A DNA stretch of 59,523 bases from the IMG/VR virus record IMGVR_UViG_3300045988_121485; one strand, 5' to 3'. Every line of letters begins with the position of its first letter. Position 1 is the stretch's first letter. Positions 17,048 to 26,041 of this stretch are shown piece after piece. Below the pieces are notes generated by a model, which ran no database searches, was not told the DNA's origin, and worked only from the letters and a program-made list of their open reading frames with translations. Origin of the DNA: a virus. Made by a program: the position numbers and the translations under genes.

Positions 17048-18361
17048 ATGTCTAATATAGGAAATTGGTTTAAAGCAATCAGGGGTATATCTACTCCTTC
17101 CATGAAGGATACTGTAAGAGCTGTCGAGCAAGATAAGGATGGCAATTTCTGGTATCTGTCTAATTTCTTAAACTCTTCCGGCTATGCTAAATTTGATTAT
17201 GATCTATCTAATGACAAGGATAAATTGGACTCTTTTCGGGTATGTACCCCATTTTCTACCGTCATAAACAAGGTTGGTTCCATGTTCGCCAACGGGCGTA
17301 TTTATGTAACTGACTCCGAAGGAAATGAACAAGATGGATATAATGAGATAAGAGAATTGCTGGATAACCCTAATCCGCTTCAGACGCGTTCTGGATTTTT
17401 AAAGGAGATAGAGATGTCTCTGAAGATTTTTGGGTATTGCCCTGTTTTTACGATTCGTGCGACAAAAACATCTCTCCCCCTAGCGATGTATGTCATTCCT
17501 GCTCCTATTTTCCACATGGTTTCTTCGGGTAAATTATTCCGTCAGTATAAAATAGAAGAGATTGTATCCGCGGTTTATCTGGAGTGGAATGGGATGAGGA
17601 ATAGTCTTTCTGAAGAGGATTATTTCGTTATATACGACAGTTCTGTTCGCGTATCTGGGAATGGTACGGATATAGAATTTGATTCAGTAACAGATTCTTT
17701 GTCTATTCCGATAAATAACTGGCTTGCAGCCATGTCTGCAAGCCATCAGCTGATAGTCAATGGTGGTCCAAAAGGTATTATATACTCGGATTATACAGAC
17801 GATATGGGGAATATTGTAATGTCTTCTACGGAAAAAGAATCCTTGGAAACCAGATTAAAGGAGAAATACGGTATTCTTAATAAATTCCCAATCCTTACCT
17901 CGAGGATTAAATTAGGCTGGATTCCTCTCAATTATGACGCGGCTCAATTGAAACTTCACGAGGAGGATGCACGCTGTAGTAGGAAAATATGCAATGCTAT
18001 AGGTGTTGATTATAGTCTTTTTGATGAGTCAAAATATGACAATAAAAACATTGCGGAGAAATCAGCCTATCAAGGTCTTATTATCCCTGACTCTGAGAAG
18101 GTTTCTGAGGCGCTAACAAAGGCCTTGTGTGATATCGGGGTTTATATAAAGTTGGACTATACTCATATCGATTGCCTTCAGAAAGACAAGAGTGCATCCT
18201 CTTCAGCTTTTCAGAAGATGTCTTCCGCTTTGATTCAATTGGTTAAGGAGGGGCATATAACTCACGATGAGGCTCGATATGAACTGGCTAAGTTTATTGA
18301 TATTGATCCTGATAACCCCAAAGGTGAATTAAAAATAAATAACTCTATTGAAAATGGATAA
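17048..18361 (+). CDS. Portal protein
   Basis: 437 aa between terL and the prohead protease; call by position and size. Confidence 0.65.
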   Translation: MSNIGNWFKAIRGISTPSMKDTVRAVEQDKDGNFWYLSNFLNSSGYAKFDYDLSNDKDKLDSFRVCTPFSTVINKVGSMFANGRIYVTDSEGNEQDGYNEIRELLDNPNPLQTRSGFLKEIEMSLKIFGYCPVFTIRATKTSLPLAMYVIPAPIFHMVSSGKLFRQYKIEEIVSAVYLEWNGMRNSLSEEDYFVIYDSSVRVSGNGTDIEFDSVTDSLSIPINNWLAAMSASHQLIVNGGPKGIIYSDYTDDMGNIVMSSTEKESLETRLKEKYGILNKFPILTSRIKLGWIPLNYDAAQLKLHEEDARCSRKICNAIGVDYSLFDESKYDNKNIAEKSAYQGLIIPDSEKVSEALTKALCDIGVYIKLDYTHIDCLQKDKSASSSAFQKMSSALIQLVKEGHITHDEARYELAKFIDIDPDNPKGELKINNSIENG

Positions 18362-19100
18362 AGCTAATAAATATAAGGGTAGGCTGGGGATGCAGTATAA
18401 GACATTCTCAATTTATTCAAAAGATGTCAACTATGACGGTGAAAGTCGGACGATCAGCGGGTACGCATCTGTATTTGGCAATAAAGATAAAGCAGGTGAT
18501 ATCCTGATAAAAGGGTGCTTCTCAAAAAGTATTCAGGACCGGGGACCGGAAAGTTCGGCAAATGACAAGATAATCATGTTGTGGATGCATGACATGGAAG
18601 AACCGATTGGGAGATTTACTGTCTTGAATGAGGATGACAAGGGGCTCTATTTTGAAGCGGTAATTGATGATGTCCCGCGTGGTAATCAGACTATAAAGCA
18701 GCTTGAGTCAGGTACATTAAATCAATTTTCCATTGGGTATCAATATGTGTATGAGAAATGCATGTATGACGCTGAGAAAGATGCGTATATTGTCAAAGAG
18801 GTCTATCTTTATGAGATATCTGTTGTCTCTATTGGGTGCAATGGAGAAACAGAATATTTAGGACTAAAATCTATAGAAGATGCTGAAAAAGCTTATGAGA
18901 AATTAAATGCCGAAATATCTGAAGTGTGCTCAGGACTGTCCGCACCCAAGCAGCAGAAGATACAGAGAATTATATCAAAGGTAATATCACTTTCATCTTT
19001 CAAGCCGGAGAATCGAAAAGAATCATCACTTGAAGGACAGAAAGCCGATATGCACGGCAATAAGGTAAAATCAATGTTCAAAAATTTAAAATTAAAGTAA
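18354..19100 (+). CDS. Prohead protease, HK97/S78 family
   Basis: ISGYASVFGNKDKAGDILIKGCF...LWMHD..EPIGRF...KGLYFEA...SIGY fits Peptidase_S78; start is ATG 18354 or 18390. Confidence 0.75.
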   Translation: MDKANKYKGRLGMQYKTFSIYSKDVNYDGESRTISGYASVFGNKDKAGDILIKGCFSKSIQDRGPESSANDKIIMLWMHDMEEPIGRFTVLNEDDKGLYFEAVIDDVPRGNQTIKQLESGTLNQFSIGYQYVYEKCMYDAEKDAYIVKEVYLYEISVVSIGCNGETEYLGLKSIEDAEKAYEKLNAEISEVCSGLSAPKQQKIQRIISKVISLSSFKPENRKESSLEGQKADMHGNKVKSMFKNLKLK

Positions 19101-19102
19101 GT

Positions 19103-20458
19103 ATGGGAAAAGAAGCGAAAAAGATTGAGTTTAAAGACTACCTTGATACTAAAGGATTGTCGGAAGACGAATCTAAAGTTTTCGATGTGTTCTCTAAAGG
19201 ACTTGATGGTTATATGGAAGCCCTTTTTGAGCAGTTTATGAAAGACGAAATTGATTCTAAGGCTATGAAAGAGTCAATTGAAAATGCAACTCAGTCTATT
19301 GAAGAGTTGAAAAAAGAGGTCAAGGGATTTGCAGACAGTGAATCTATCAACGAGCGTTTGAAATCCTTTGAGGAAACTATTGTACGCATTAAGGCGGCTG
19401 CTGAAAAAACAAAAGGAGGAACATATAAGTTAAAATCCATTGAAGACCAACTTCGGGAACAATTAAAAGCTTATATCACTGAAAATCAAACCGGTTGTTC
19501 TACAGTTGATTTGAAATCTGCATGTAAAGCATCTCCTGGCAATAAGCTAGAGTTGAATCTGGTAGTAAATACAAAAGATGCCGCAGCTATATCTTCTGGT
19601 TCTCTGGCTCCTCATTACGGTGTTGAGGTTGATCCGAATTTATCTGTAAATCCAAGATCTCAGACTGTAATTCGTAATTACGCAAGTGTTTCCGGGACTA
19701 ATAGCAGGTCGCTTATTTATGCGGAATACGTTAGCAAGGATGGTGATGCCGCATGGGTTCCTGAAGGTGGGCTAAAGCCGTTGATGGATGCAACTCTTGC
19801 GGAAAAAACCGTTACAGCTGCCAAAGTTGCTATTGCTGCTAAATTTACAGAAGAAACTCTTTCTGACTTCCCAAGCTTTGTGAATGAGGTGCAAACAGAA
19901 ATGGTGAATAAACTTGGCATAAAAGAAGAACAGGGGATCTTGACAGGATCTGGATCGTCTGGAGAAATTAAAGGGGTAGCCGCAGACATGCCAGCTTTCT
20001 CTTTGACAAACTTCTATATTGACAAGGCAAATATGTTTGATGCCCTTGTAGCGGCTTATTCTCAAATCGTTTCTACTAGCGAAATGGCTTATCGCCCTAA
20101 CCTGGTATTGATGAATCCTTTGGATTACGCTTCAATGCAGTTGACGAAAGATGCTAATGGGCAGTATTTGAGACCATTCCGATACAACGATGAGTTGATC
20201 CAGGGGTTAAGAGTTGAGACTACTACCGCGGTGAAACAAGGCGATTTCATCATGGGAGATTTCTCTTATTTGAACATCCGTGACTTATGGAATCTGTCAA
20301 TCTCACTAGGCTGGGAAAATGACGATTTTAGAAAGAATATCGTAACGGTGCTTGCTGAAAAGAGATTGATGTGCTATATCAAGTCTCAGTATAAAACAGC
20401 TTTTGTAAAAGATAAGTTTAATACTGTAATTGAAGGTATTACAAAATCAGTTGATTAA
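19103..20458 (+). CDS. Major capsid protein, HK97-like
   Basis: 451 aa after the protease; N-terminal coiled-coil delta-like region, then a globular domain. Confidence 0.7.
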   Translation: MGKEAKKIEFKDYLDTKGLSEDESKVFDVFSKGLDGYMEALFEQFMKDEIDSKAMKESIENATQSIEELKKEVKGFADSESINERLKSFEETIVRIKAAAEKTKGGTYKLKSIEDQLREQLKAYITENQTGCSTVDLKSACKASPGNKLELNLVVNTKDAAAISSGSLAPHYGVEVDPNLSVNPRSQTVIRNYASVSGTNSRSLIYAEYVSKDGDAAWVPEGGLKPLMDATLAEKTVTAAKVAIAAKFTEETLSDFPSFVNEVQTEMVNKLGIKEEQGILTGSGSSGEIKGVAADMPAFSLTNFYIDKANMFDALVAAYSQIVSTSEMAYRPNLVLMNPLDYASMQLTKDANGQYLRPFRYNDELIQGLRVETTTAVKQGDFIMGDFSYLNIRDLWNLSISLGWENDDFRKNIVTVLAEKRLMCYIKSQYKTAFVKDKFNTVIEGITKSVD

Positions 20459-20461
20459 CAT

Positions 20462-20683
20462 ATGGGAAAAGAATATAACATGAATTTGACAAAGCGTTAC
20501 AAGGTAACGTTTATCAAGGATGGTACAATGTATAAAACTGGAGAGGAAGTTATGGTAGGTATGCCTCTTGCCAGCAAGTTTTATGCAGAAGGGAAAATTG
20601 AAGCGACTAGCGAATTGCTAAACGATGCTAAGGCATTAGGGTGCGAAGAACTTTTCACAAAACGTAAAAAGACTAACTCATGA
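20462..20683 (+). CDS. Small head-associated protein
   Basis: 73 aa, directly after the capsid gene. Confidence 0.35.
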   Translation: MGKEYNMNLTKRYKVTFIKDGTMYKTGEEVMVGMPLASKFYAEGKIEATSELLNDAKALGCEELFTKRKKTNS

Positions 20684-21183
20684 TTATTGACGGTTCATAT
20701 TTCACTGGAATGTTGAGTCTTGGCATCATTTGGGATATAGATTCAGATTCTCCGACTCGTATTGCGGAGAGGGATAACTTACAATCATATATAGACCGAT
20801 ATGAAAGACAATATCTTCAGCTTGTTCTGGGTGAGGATATGAGCCGTCAATTCTGGGATTACCTTTCTTCTCATTCCGCCGAAGATAAAATCGAAAAATG
20901 GGATACCCTTAAAGAGAAGCTTTCTGAAAAGGGGTATAGTCCGCTTGCTAACTATGTATATTTTCATTATGTTAGAAGATGTGGAGTAAAGCAGACTCCG
21001 ACAGGGACCGTATATGGTTCAACGGAGGATCGCGCTAATCCGAATAATCTCCTTGTGTCAGCATGGAATGACATGGTAGAGATGAATGAGTCTTTATTCC
21101 GTTATCTGTGTGGTAATAAAGGTTATGATGGTTTTGAGTTTGATAAGAGTATGTTGGAAGAAATAAACACAATGGGTATATGA
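20680..21183 (+). CDS. Head-tail connector/adaptor (by position)
   Basis: 167 aa, ATGA overlap chain. Confidence 0.35.
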   Translation: MIIDGSYFTGMLSLGIIWDIDSDSPTRIAERDNLQSYIDRYERQYLQLVLGEDMSRQFWDYLSSHSAEDKIEKWDTLKEKLSEKGYSPLANYVYFHYVRRCGVKQTPTGTVYGSTEDRANPNNLLVSAWNDMVEMNESLFRYLCGNKGYDGFEFDKSMLEEINTMGI

Positions 21184-21698
21184 AGTCAATCAATAATATA
21201 TTCAGAGATATAGTCTCTTCCACATCCGGGATTTATGGCAAGAATATTTCCTATATGTTTGGTGATTGGGATTATATTGCCGGTATACTTACCGAATGGG
21301 CTGAATCGCCTAAAATGAGTAAATTAAGATTTCCGATTATCTGTCTTTATTCTCCATATACCGAGGATCGTACAGGAAGGGATCGTACAACGACTCTTGA
21401 ACTGGCTATCATGGTAGACACCTTAAAGGATTATACGAATGAAGAACGGGAAAAGGTCTCCTTCGAAGGGGCGCTTCGTCCTATTTATGATGCGTTTATT
21501 AAAAGTATCGATAAGTCTCCTGACCTGGTGCATGAGTATAATAATAGCATTCCTCATTACTACGAAGAGAATTACCGCTACGGAAGAAAAGGGGTAGAGG
21601 CTAATGGTAAACCATTCAGAGATTTTATTGATGTAATAGAAATAAAAGATTTAAGAATAACAATCAAAAATATTAAATGTTATGGCGACAGAATTTAG
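21180..21698 (+). CDS. Head-tail joining / tail terminator (by position)
   Basis: 172 aa, overlap chain. Confidence 0.3.
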   Translation: MKSINNIFRDIVSSTSGIYGKNISYMFGDWDYIAGILTEWAESPKMSKLRFPIICLYSPYTEDRTGRDRTTTLELAIMVDTLKDYTNEEREKVSFEGALRPIYDAFIKSIDKSPDLVHEYNNSIPHYYEENYRYGRKGVEANGKPFRDFIDVIEIKDLRITIKNIKCYGDRI

Positions 21699-22527
21699 AG
21701 AATGCGCCGGTGTTGCTCAGTTTAATACCGGTACTTCAAAATGTATACTTGATCCGGGAAAGGTAAAAGCCATCATCTTGGCAATGCACGGATATAAACT
21801 TCCTAAGAATGTAACCGCTGAGGCGTTGCAGGCTGCGTGTCACGATGACAGACCGGCTCGTATTTTTCCGATCAAGACAATTGTCGAATACGCTCCGTCT
21901 GGTGGAGAGGCCAACAAAAGTGCTACAGGATATGGGCCTAACAAGGTTACATCCTACTCGGCGAAAGATGACGTATGGACGCTGGAGGATTTCGATTCAA
22001 GTCTAAAGGCTAATATCATGGCCGCAAAAGGAGTTGCTTTTGATGCCTATTTCGTGGACGAGAATAACGTTGTGTACGGAATGAATGATGGCACCGAGGA
22101 GCTGGCGGGAATTCCCTTGTCCGGAGTTTATCCGGGCGGTCAGGACTGGGATTCTTCCGGAACGGAGGCAAACCTGACTATCGGTACAATGTTCAAGGAC
22201 TATGAAAAGTACGTGAAGAACGCCGATTACCGGGTGTATAAGTTTGACGTAGTAGAAGCTTTGACAGGGCTTGTTTATGTCGAATTGGTAAAAATAGATT
22301 CCGGAGAAAACAATTATAAGCTGAAAGAACATTTCGGTAATCTTGATGTCACATCTTTCTTTGGGTCGGCATTAAGCGAAGGTGCTTCTACTTGCTTTAA
22401 TGGTGCAACTGCCGTTACTTATGCAAATGGTGTTCTTACGATAACTGCTTCGGGTGCGGTTTCCCTGAAATCTCCGAAGATTCTTCAGGAAAATGGTGTT
22501 GTCGGCATTGAACAGTGGGTAGAATGA
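21682..22527 (+). CDS. Putative major tail (tube) protein
   Basis: 281 aa, beta-rich, last large gene before an intrinsic terminator; positional call. Confidence 0.4.
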   Translation: MATEFRECAGVAQFNTGTSKCILDPGKVKAIILAMHGYKLPKNVTAEALQAACHDDRPARIFPIKTIVEYAPSGGEANKSATGYGPNKVTSYSAKDDVWTLEDFDSSLKANIMAAKGVAFDAYFVDENNVVYGMNDGTEELAGIPLSGVYPGGQDWDSSGTEANLTIGTMFKDYEKYVKNADYRVYKFDVVEALTGLVYVELVKIDSGENNYKLKEHFGNLDVTSFFGSALSEGASTCFNGATAVTYANGVLTITASGAVSLKSPKILQENGVVGIEQWVE

Positions 22528-22703
22528 AAGTAGAAGGAGTTAACTTTGTCGATGAAGAAGTTAAGAAAATGAAGAAAAAAGAATTCATCAATAAACATAA
22601 GACTTCTTTCTTTCTTGATAGAACAGAAACTGAAAGAGAAAATATCCTCTCTGATATATATGACAGGATTGTTGGTGTCAGATCTCCTTTAGGGGATATT
22701 TAA
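22524..22703 (+). CDS. Small hypothetical protein
   Basis: ATG 22524 overlaps the upstream TGA (ATGA); K/E-rich. Confidence 0.35.
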   Translation: MKVEGVNFVDEEVKKMKKKEFINKHKTSFFLDRTETERENILSDIYDRIVGVRSPLGDI

Positions 22704-22721
22704 ATTTTTTGTTCATAATTC

Positions 22722-22747
22722 GGGGAGGTGAAATGCCTCCCTTTTTA
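22722..22747 (+). terminator. Intrinsic terminator inside the late gene array
   Basis: GGGAGG-TGAAATG-CCTCCC followed by TTTTT. Confidence 0.65.
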
Positions 22748-22751
22748 TTCT

Positions 22752-23273
22752 ATGGGTACAATAAAGGATTTAGTTGATGGTTTTGCGATCCTCGTGGATG
22801 GCTTCGACGGAATGCTCCGTAAAACGATGGAGGAGAGCCGCGGTGATGTGTATGACCTCGTCATTGATCAGTTGTATTCCGGTGTAAACGGAAGAGATAA
22901 GCCGCTTCGTCCTACCTATTTGTATGATCCGTGGTTCAAGGGTGATGAGGCTGGTGGATGGAAAAACAACGGCAGGGGCTATGCGATGTGGAAAAAAGAG
23001 GAGCATCCTCCTACGCCTTCTTTCCAAGGTTATCCTCCCAGGGATATTTATACACCTAACTTGATTATTACCGGTGAATTCTATAGTTCGATTCGCGTGA
23101 ATGTTTCATCTGAGGGGTTGAAGATCGGGAGTGATACTACAATGGGTAAAGATATAGAGAGAAAATATGGAAGTATTATCTTCGGTCTCGGTCAAAGATC
23201 CAGAAGTTATTTTGTTGAGTACGTCCTAAGTCCTGCGTTAAAAGAATACTTCTCAAGATTTGGTGTATTATGA
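22752..23273 (+). CDS. Virion morphogenesis / tail-completion-like protein
   Basis: Track ORF trimmed to ATG 22752, after the terminator; ...IITGEFYSSIRVNV... loosely resembles HK97 gp10-type proteins. Confidence 0.3.
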   Translation: MGTIKDLVDGFAILVDGFDGMLRKTMEESRGDVYDLVIDQLYSGVNGRDKPLRPTYLYDPWFKGDEAGGWKNNGRGYAMWKKEEHPPTPSFQGYPPRDIYTPNLIITGEFYSSIRVNVSSEGLKIGSDTTMGKDIERKYGSIIFGLGQRSRSYFVEYVLSPALKEYFSRFGVL

Positions 23274-23455
23274 GTTGTTGGTGTCAAGGCAATAAACGGC
23301 TTGCTTCTATAGAGAAAATGCGGGAAATCGCAAGAAAAGCTGCTAAAATGGAACAATCTGTGTTTGTCCTAATAGAAAAGCCGGATGGTACATATTATTT
23401 TGTCAAAGATGGAGAGAATTATACCGGCACATTTATTGAGTACATATATCCGTAA
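23270..23455 (+). CDS. Small hypothetical protein
   Basis: 61 aa, ATGA overlap; last + strand gene before the island. Confidence 0.35.
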   Translation: MSCWCQGNKRLASIEKMREIARKAAKMEQSVFVLIEKPDGTYYFVKDGENYTGTFIEYIYP

Positions 23456-23538
23456 TACGACAAACAGACCAAAAATGAGACTACTTAGTCAGAAAAATCA
23501 CGGGTGTTATACAAAAATAAGAGGAAAAATAGAACAAA

Positions 23539-23589
23539 CCTGCCTCGAAGCAAGGGTGGGGTTGTCCTGCCTCGAAGCAAGGGTGGGGT
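23539..23589. repeat. Tandem direct repeat, 2 x 24 nt (CCTGCCTCGAAGCAAGGGTGGGGT) separated by TGT
   Basis: Copies 23539..23562 and 23566..23589 are identical; non-coding gap. Confidence 0.85.
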
Positions 23590-23650
23590 AACAATATTTT
23601 ACAGAGCGAGGCATGGTAGGAATTTGTGTATTGATATTTTACCAAACAGC

Positions 23651-23664
23651 CCACTTGAAAGTGG
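23651..23664. other. Short palindromic hairpin CCACTTGAAAGTGG
   Basis: Perfect dyad; the minus strand reads TCAAGTGG, the same octamer as the late-leader loops. Confidence 0.4.
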
Positions 23665-23728
23665 TAAGGTTCTGGTAAGGGTAATTAAGCAATAACGGCA
23701 AGATTACGGCAAGGCCTTTTGATATATC

Positions 23729-24346
23729 TTAGAATTTTACAAATCCTTCTATTCTGTAAGGTTTGAATACAACACCTTCTCCATTCTTGTTATTCTCAAT
23801 TGTTTCACCTTCAAAAATAACAGCCTTACATCCTTTAGAGTAATAAGCAAACATGTTTGCATATCTGGCAACCTTTCTCTCAATCTCTGACTTAGAAAGT
23901 CCTACTAAGTCGATTGAGAATCCACACAGACCCGCAAGCTCTACAGCTTTATCCATGCTGCCTGTTTTAAACAAAGAGGTTCCTCTTCTCAGATCACCTT
24001 CAGCGTCTTCTGTAAAACGAAGGAAGTACTCATTGCAAGGATTAATATTAATATTTGATGTTTCAACTGATTCAGATTCTTCTGCCTCTTCAAACTCAAC
24101 AACAACTTCATCATCACCTTTTAATGAATCAATTGCTTCAAGGATAATAGAAGTAGCAACCTCATCTCTTGTATTATCATAGATAGACTCTTCATTCTCA
24201 ACATCAAACTCGTATTCTTCAGAAGTCTTACGATTGCGACAGCCTTCGATGATATTCCCTCTTACTCCGAAGAATATATTTTCACCTCTTTCTTTAGCGA
24301 TTGTTTTTGCTGCTTCTACGATTTCGTTGATGTTTAAAGTCTTCAT
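23729..24346 (-). CDS. Acidic hypothetical protein
   Basis: 205 aa with an E/D-rich centre (DDEVVVEFEEAEESESVE); own promoter cassette. Confidence 0.5.
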   Translation of the reverse strand: MKTLNINEIVEAAKTIAKERGENIFFGVRGNIIEGCRNRKTSEEYEFDVENEESIYDNTRDEVATSIILEAIDSLKGDDEVVVEFEEAEESESVETSNININPCNEYFLRFTEDAEGDLRRGTSLFKTGSMDKAVELAGLCGFSIDLVGLSKSEIERKVARYANMFAYYSKGCKAVIFEGETIENNKNGEGVVFKPYRIEGFVKF

Positions 24347-24362
24347 AATTTTTTTATTTTTA

Positions 24363-24468
24363 TTACTTTATCTCTTATTTGATGTTACAAAGATAAGTAT
24401 TATTGTGATACGCTCCAAACAAAACAGGAGAAATATTGTGATTTACTACATCTTTTAACGATTAAAGG
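24363..24468 (-). promoter_or_regulatory. Promoter cassette copy 1 (minus-strand -7 box TATCTTTG at 24388..24395)
   Basis: About 105 nt closely similar to 25038..25140; contains ATTGTGAT twice. Confidence 0.6.
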
Positions 24469-24476
24469 AGTAATTG

Positions 24477-24800
24477 TTACCTCCTCTTATCTATTCCAGC
24501 ATTGTTGATGATCCTGTAAATCGTCTGCTCTGACTTTACCCCGGTTTTTGACATTATCTCTTTGATCTTTCCTCCTGACAGATACAGGTCTATCACCTGT
24601 TTTTCCTGCTCTTCGGTGATCTGTTTCCCGTTCCGGAGAGGGATCTCCCTTCTCCTTAAGATCGCCATCACGGTTGTCTGGGAGATGTTAGCATACGTCG
24701 CTATCTTTCTAAGTGTCCATCCATCCTTATATTGCTGACAAACAAGCAGTTCTTCTCGGTCTGTGATAATCTTTCCTCTTTTTTTACTCACTTTTTCCAT
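24477..24800 (-). CDS. DNA-binding protein with two HTH-like units
   Basis: WTLRKIATYANISQTTVMAILRR and IKEIMSKTGVKSEQTIYRIINN resemble resolvase/transposase-type HTH. Confidence 0.55.
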   Translation of the reverse strand: MEKVSKKRGKIITDREELLVCQQYKDGWTLRKIATYANISQTTVMAILRRREIPLRNGKQITEEQEKQVIDLYLSGGKIKEIMSKTGVKSEQTIYRIINNAGIDKRR

Positions 24801-24817
24801 GTTGTTTATTTTTTGTT

Positions 24818-25015
24818 TTACAAAGAATTTACAAGCAGTCTGTACGCAGACTCTTTGGCCGCCAAATGCTTATCTTCGTTTTCATCGTCATCACACCAAT
24901 CCCAGATCTCAGAGTCCGTACAATGCACTGAGATACCCAAACCGCTTAATACATACTGTCCGTAACCTGTTTTCTCGATAGTAATTGCCTCGTTGTTAAA
25001 TTCAAACGTCTTCAT
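24818..25015 (-). CDS. Small acidic protein
   Basis: 65 aa, WDWCDDDENEDK; first gene behind promoter cassette copy 2. Confidence 0.45.
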   Translation of the reverse strand: MKTFEFNNEAITIEKTGYGQYVLSGLGISVHCTDSEIWDWCDDDENEDKHLAAKESAYRLLVNSL

Positions 25016-25037
25016 AATCTTTGTTTTTATATTGTTA

Positions 25038-25140
25038 TTACTTTATCTCTTATTGATGTTACAAAGATAGTAATTAATGTGATATGCTCCAAATAAAACG
25101 AAAGAAATATTGTGATTCACTACATTATTTAACATTAGGG
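25038..25140 (-). promoter_or_regulatory. Promoter cassette copy 2 (minus-strand -7 box TATCTTTG at 25062..25069)
   Basis: Near-duplicate of 24363..24468. Confidence 0.6.
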
Positions 25141-25141
25141 C

Positions 25142-25171
25142 ATAAAAAAGGGCAGCCCTAAAGCTACCCTT
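25142..25171 (-). terminator. Intrinsic terminator of the minus-strand antirepressor operon
   Basis: Minus strand reads AAGGGTAGC-TTTAGG-GCTGCCCTT followed by TTTT. Confidence 0.6.
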
Positions 25172-25220
25172 TCCCGCTGATTGGCGTCAACTTCAGTGCC
25201 GGACCGAAATCCCCGACCTA

Positions 25221-25553
25221 TTATGTATGATTAATCCCGACCTTCCTCTCATTTCTCATTCGCTGGCTGTCGGACATACATATCCGGCACCACGAAGTTT
25301 TCAAATGATAGCTCTTACCGTTCCGATATACCGTCCGGTTATAGAACCGGTGTAACGGAAGAGTTTTCCCGCAATGAGTACATAGTTTTAGTTCTACTCC
25401 GTCTGTTATAACTCGGTTCCTGGGCTTTCGCTTCACTAAATTACAGGATGCACATTCCTTTTCGCCGTATCTTCGGCAATAGGCTATAGACCGTTCGCCA
25501 CATTTGGCAAAATGAGTGCAATCTGGTCGGGGTGATGTTTGATGTATATTCAT
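25221..25553 (-). CDS. Cys-rich zinc-finger protein
   Basis: Several C-x2-C pairs (CASCN, CTHCG, CRIC); 110 aa. Confidence 0.45.
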   Translation of the reverse strand: MNIHQTSPRPDCTHFAKCGERSIAYCRRYGEKECASCNLVKRKPRNRVITDGVELKLCTHCGKTLPLHRFYNRTVYRNGKSYHLKTSWCRICMSDSQRMRNERKVGINHT

Positions 25554-25561
25554 AATCGTAT

Positions 25562-25783
25562 TTAATTTGCTTTAATTAACTCGCATCCGGTTTTCTCCTT
25601 TGCGCGTTCTAAGAATATTCTTGTATTCTCATTCTCGACTACTACCCATATCCCTGTACATCCTGTTGTCTTGGGCCTCTGGAATAGCAGGTCGCAAGGC
25701 TGTCCATAATATACCCACAGAAATGTAAGCTCTGATAGGTACATATTGTCTATCTTGATGATATATTTAGCGGGTATATCCAT
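25562..25783 (-). CDS. Hypothetical protein
   Basis: 73-aa ORF in the operon. Confidence 0.35.
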   Translation of the reverse strand: MDIPAKYIIKIDNMYLSELTFLWVYYGQPCDLLFQRPKTTGCTGIWVVVENENTRIFLERAKEKTGCELIKAN

Positions 25784-25794
25784 ATTTTTTATAT

Positions 25795-26028
25795 TTAGGA
25801 GGATTCCTCCTCGGTGAATACATTAGTTGTATTGACTGCTCCTGTAGAGTCTCTTTTCGTAAAGACTCCATCAAAAGTCAGCGCTTTATAGTTAGCTTCC
25901 GTGGTCCAGAATACGCATGTTCTTCCATTTATGCATATATTGCACCTTACCAGGTTATCATAGATCCTTATGCACTCTGTCGATTCCTTTCCTACGACCT
26001 TTATCTGAATCTTTCTTTTCGTTTTCAT
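25795..26028 (-). CDS. Hypothetical protein
   Basis: 77-aa ORF in the operon. Confidence 0.35.
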   Translation of the reverse strand: MKTKRKIQIKVVGKESTECIRIYDNLVRCNICINGRTCVFWTTEANYKALTFDGVFTKRDSTGAVNTTNVFTEEESS

Positions 26029-26041
26029 TATTTGTACATCG

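Noticed and set aside
22524-23455. Tail assembly chaperone pair with programmed -1 frameshift
   Set aside because: I could find no slippery heptamer with an overlapping extended frame. An intrinsic terminator follows the first small ORF, and these genes are not adjacent to tape measure.
23512-23519. Minus-strand TAnnTTTG match as an antisense promoter
   Set aside because: A motif with six defined positions is expected tens of times by chance in this AT-rich window. Nothing else supports a promoter here.
23539-23589. Possible mini CRISPR array
   Set aside because: There are only two identical 24-nt copies separated by 3 nt, with no spacer-sized intervals and no cas genes. It is a simple tandem duplication.
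23385-23695. ORFs 23385..23591 and 23504..23695
   Set aside because: They read straight through the tandem repeat, giving duplicated peptide strings, and they overlap each other. They are most likely non-coding.
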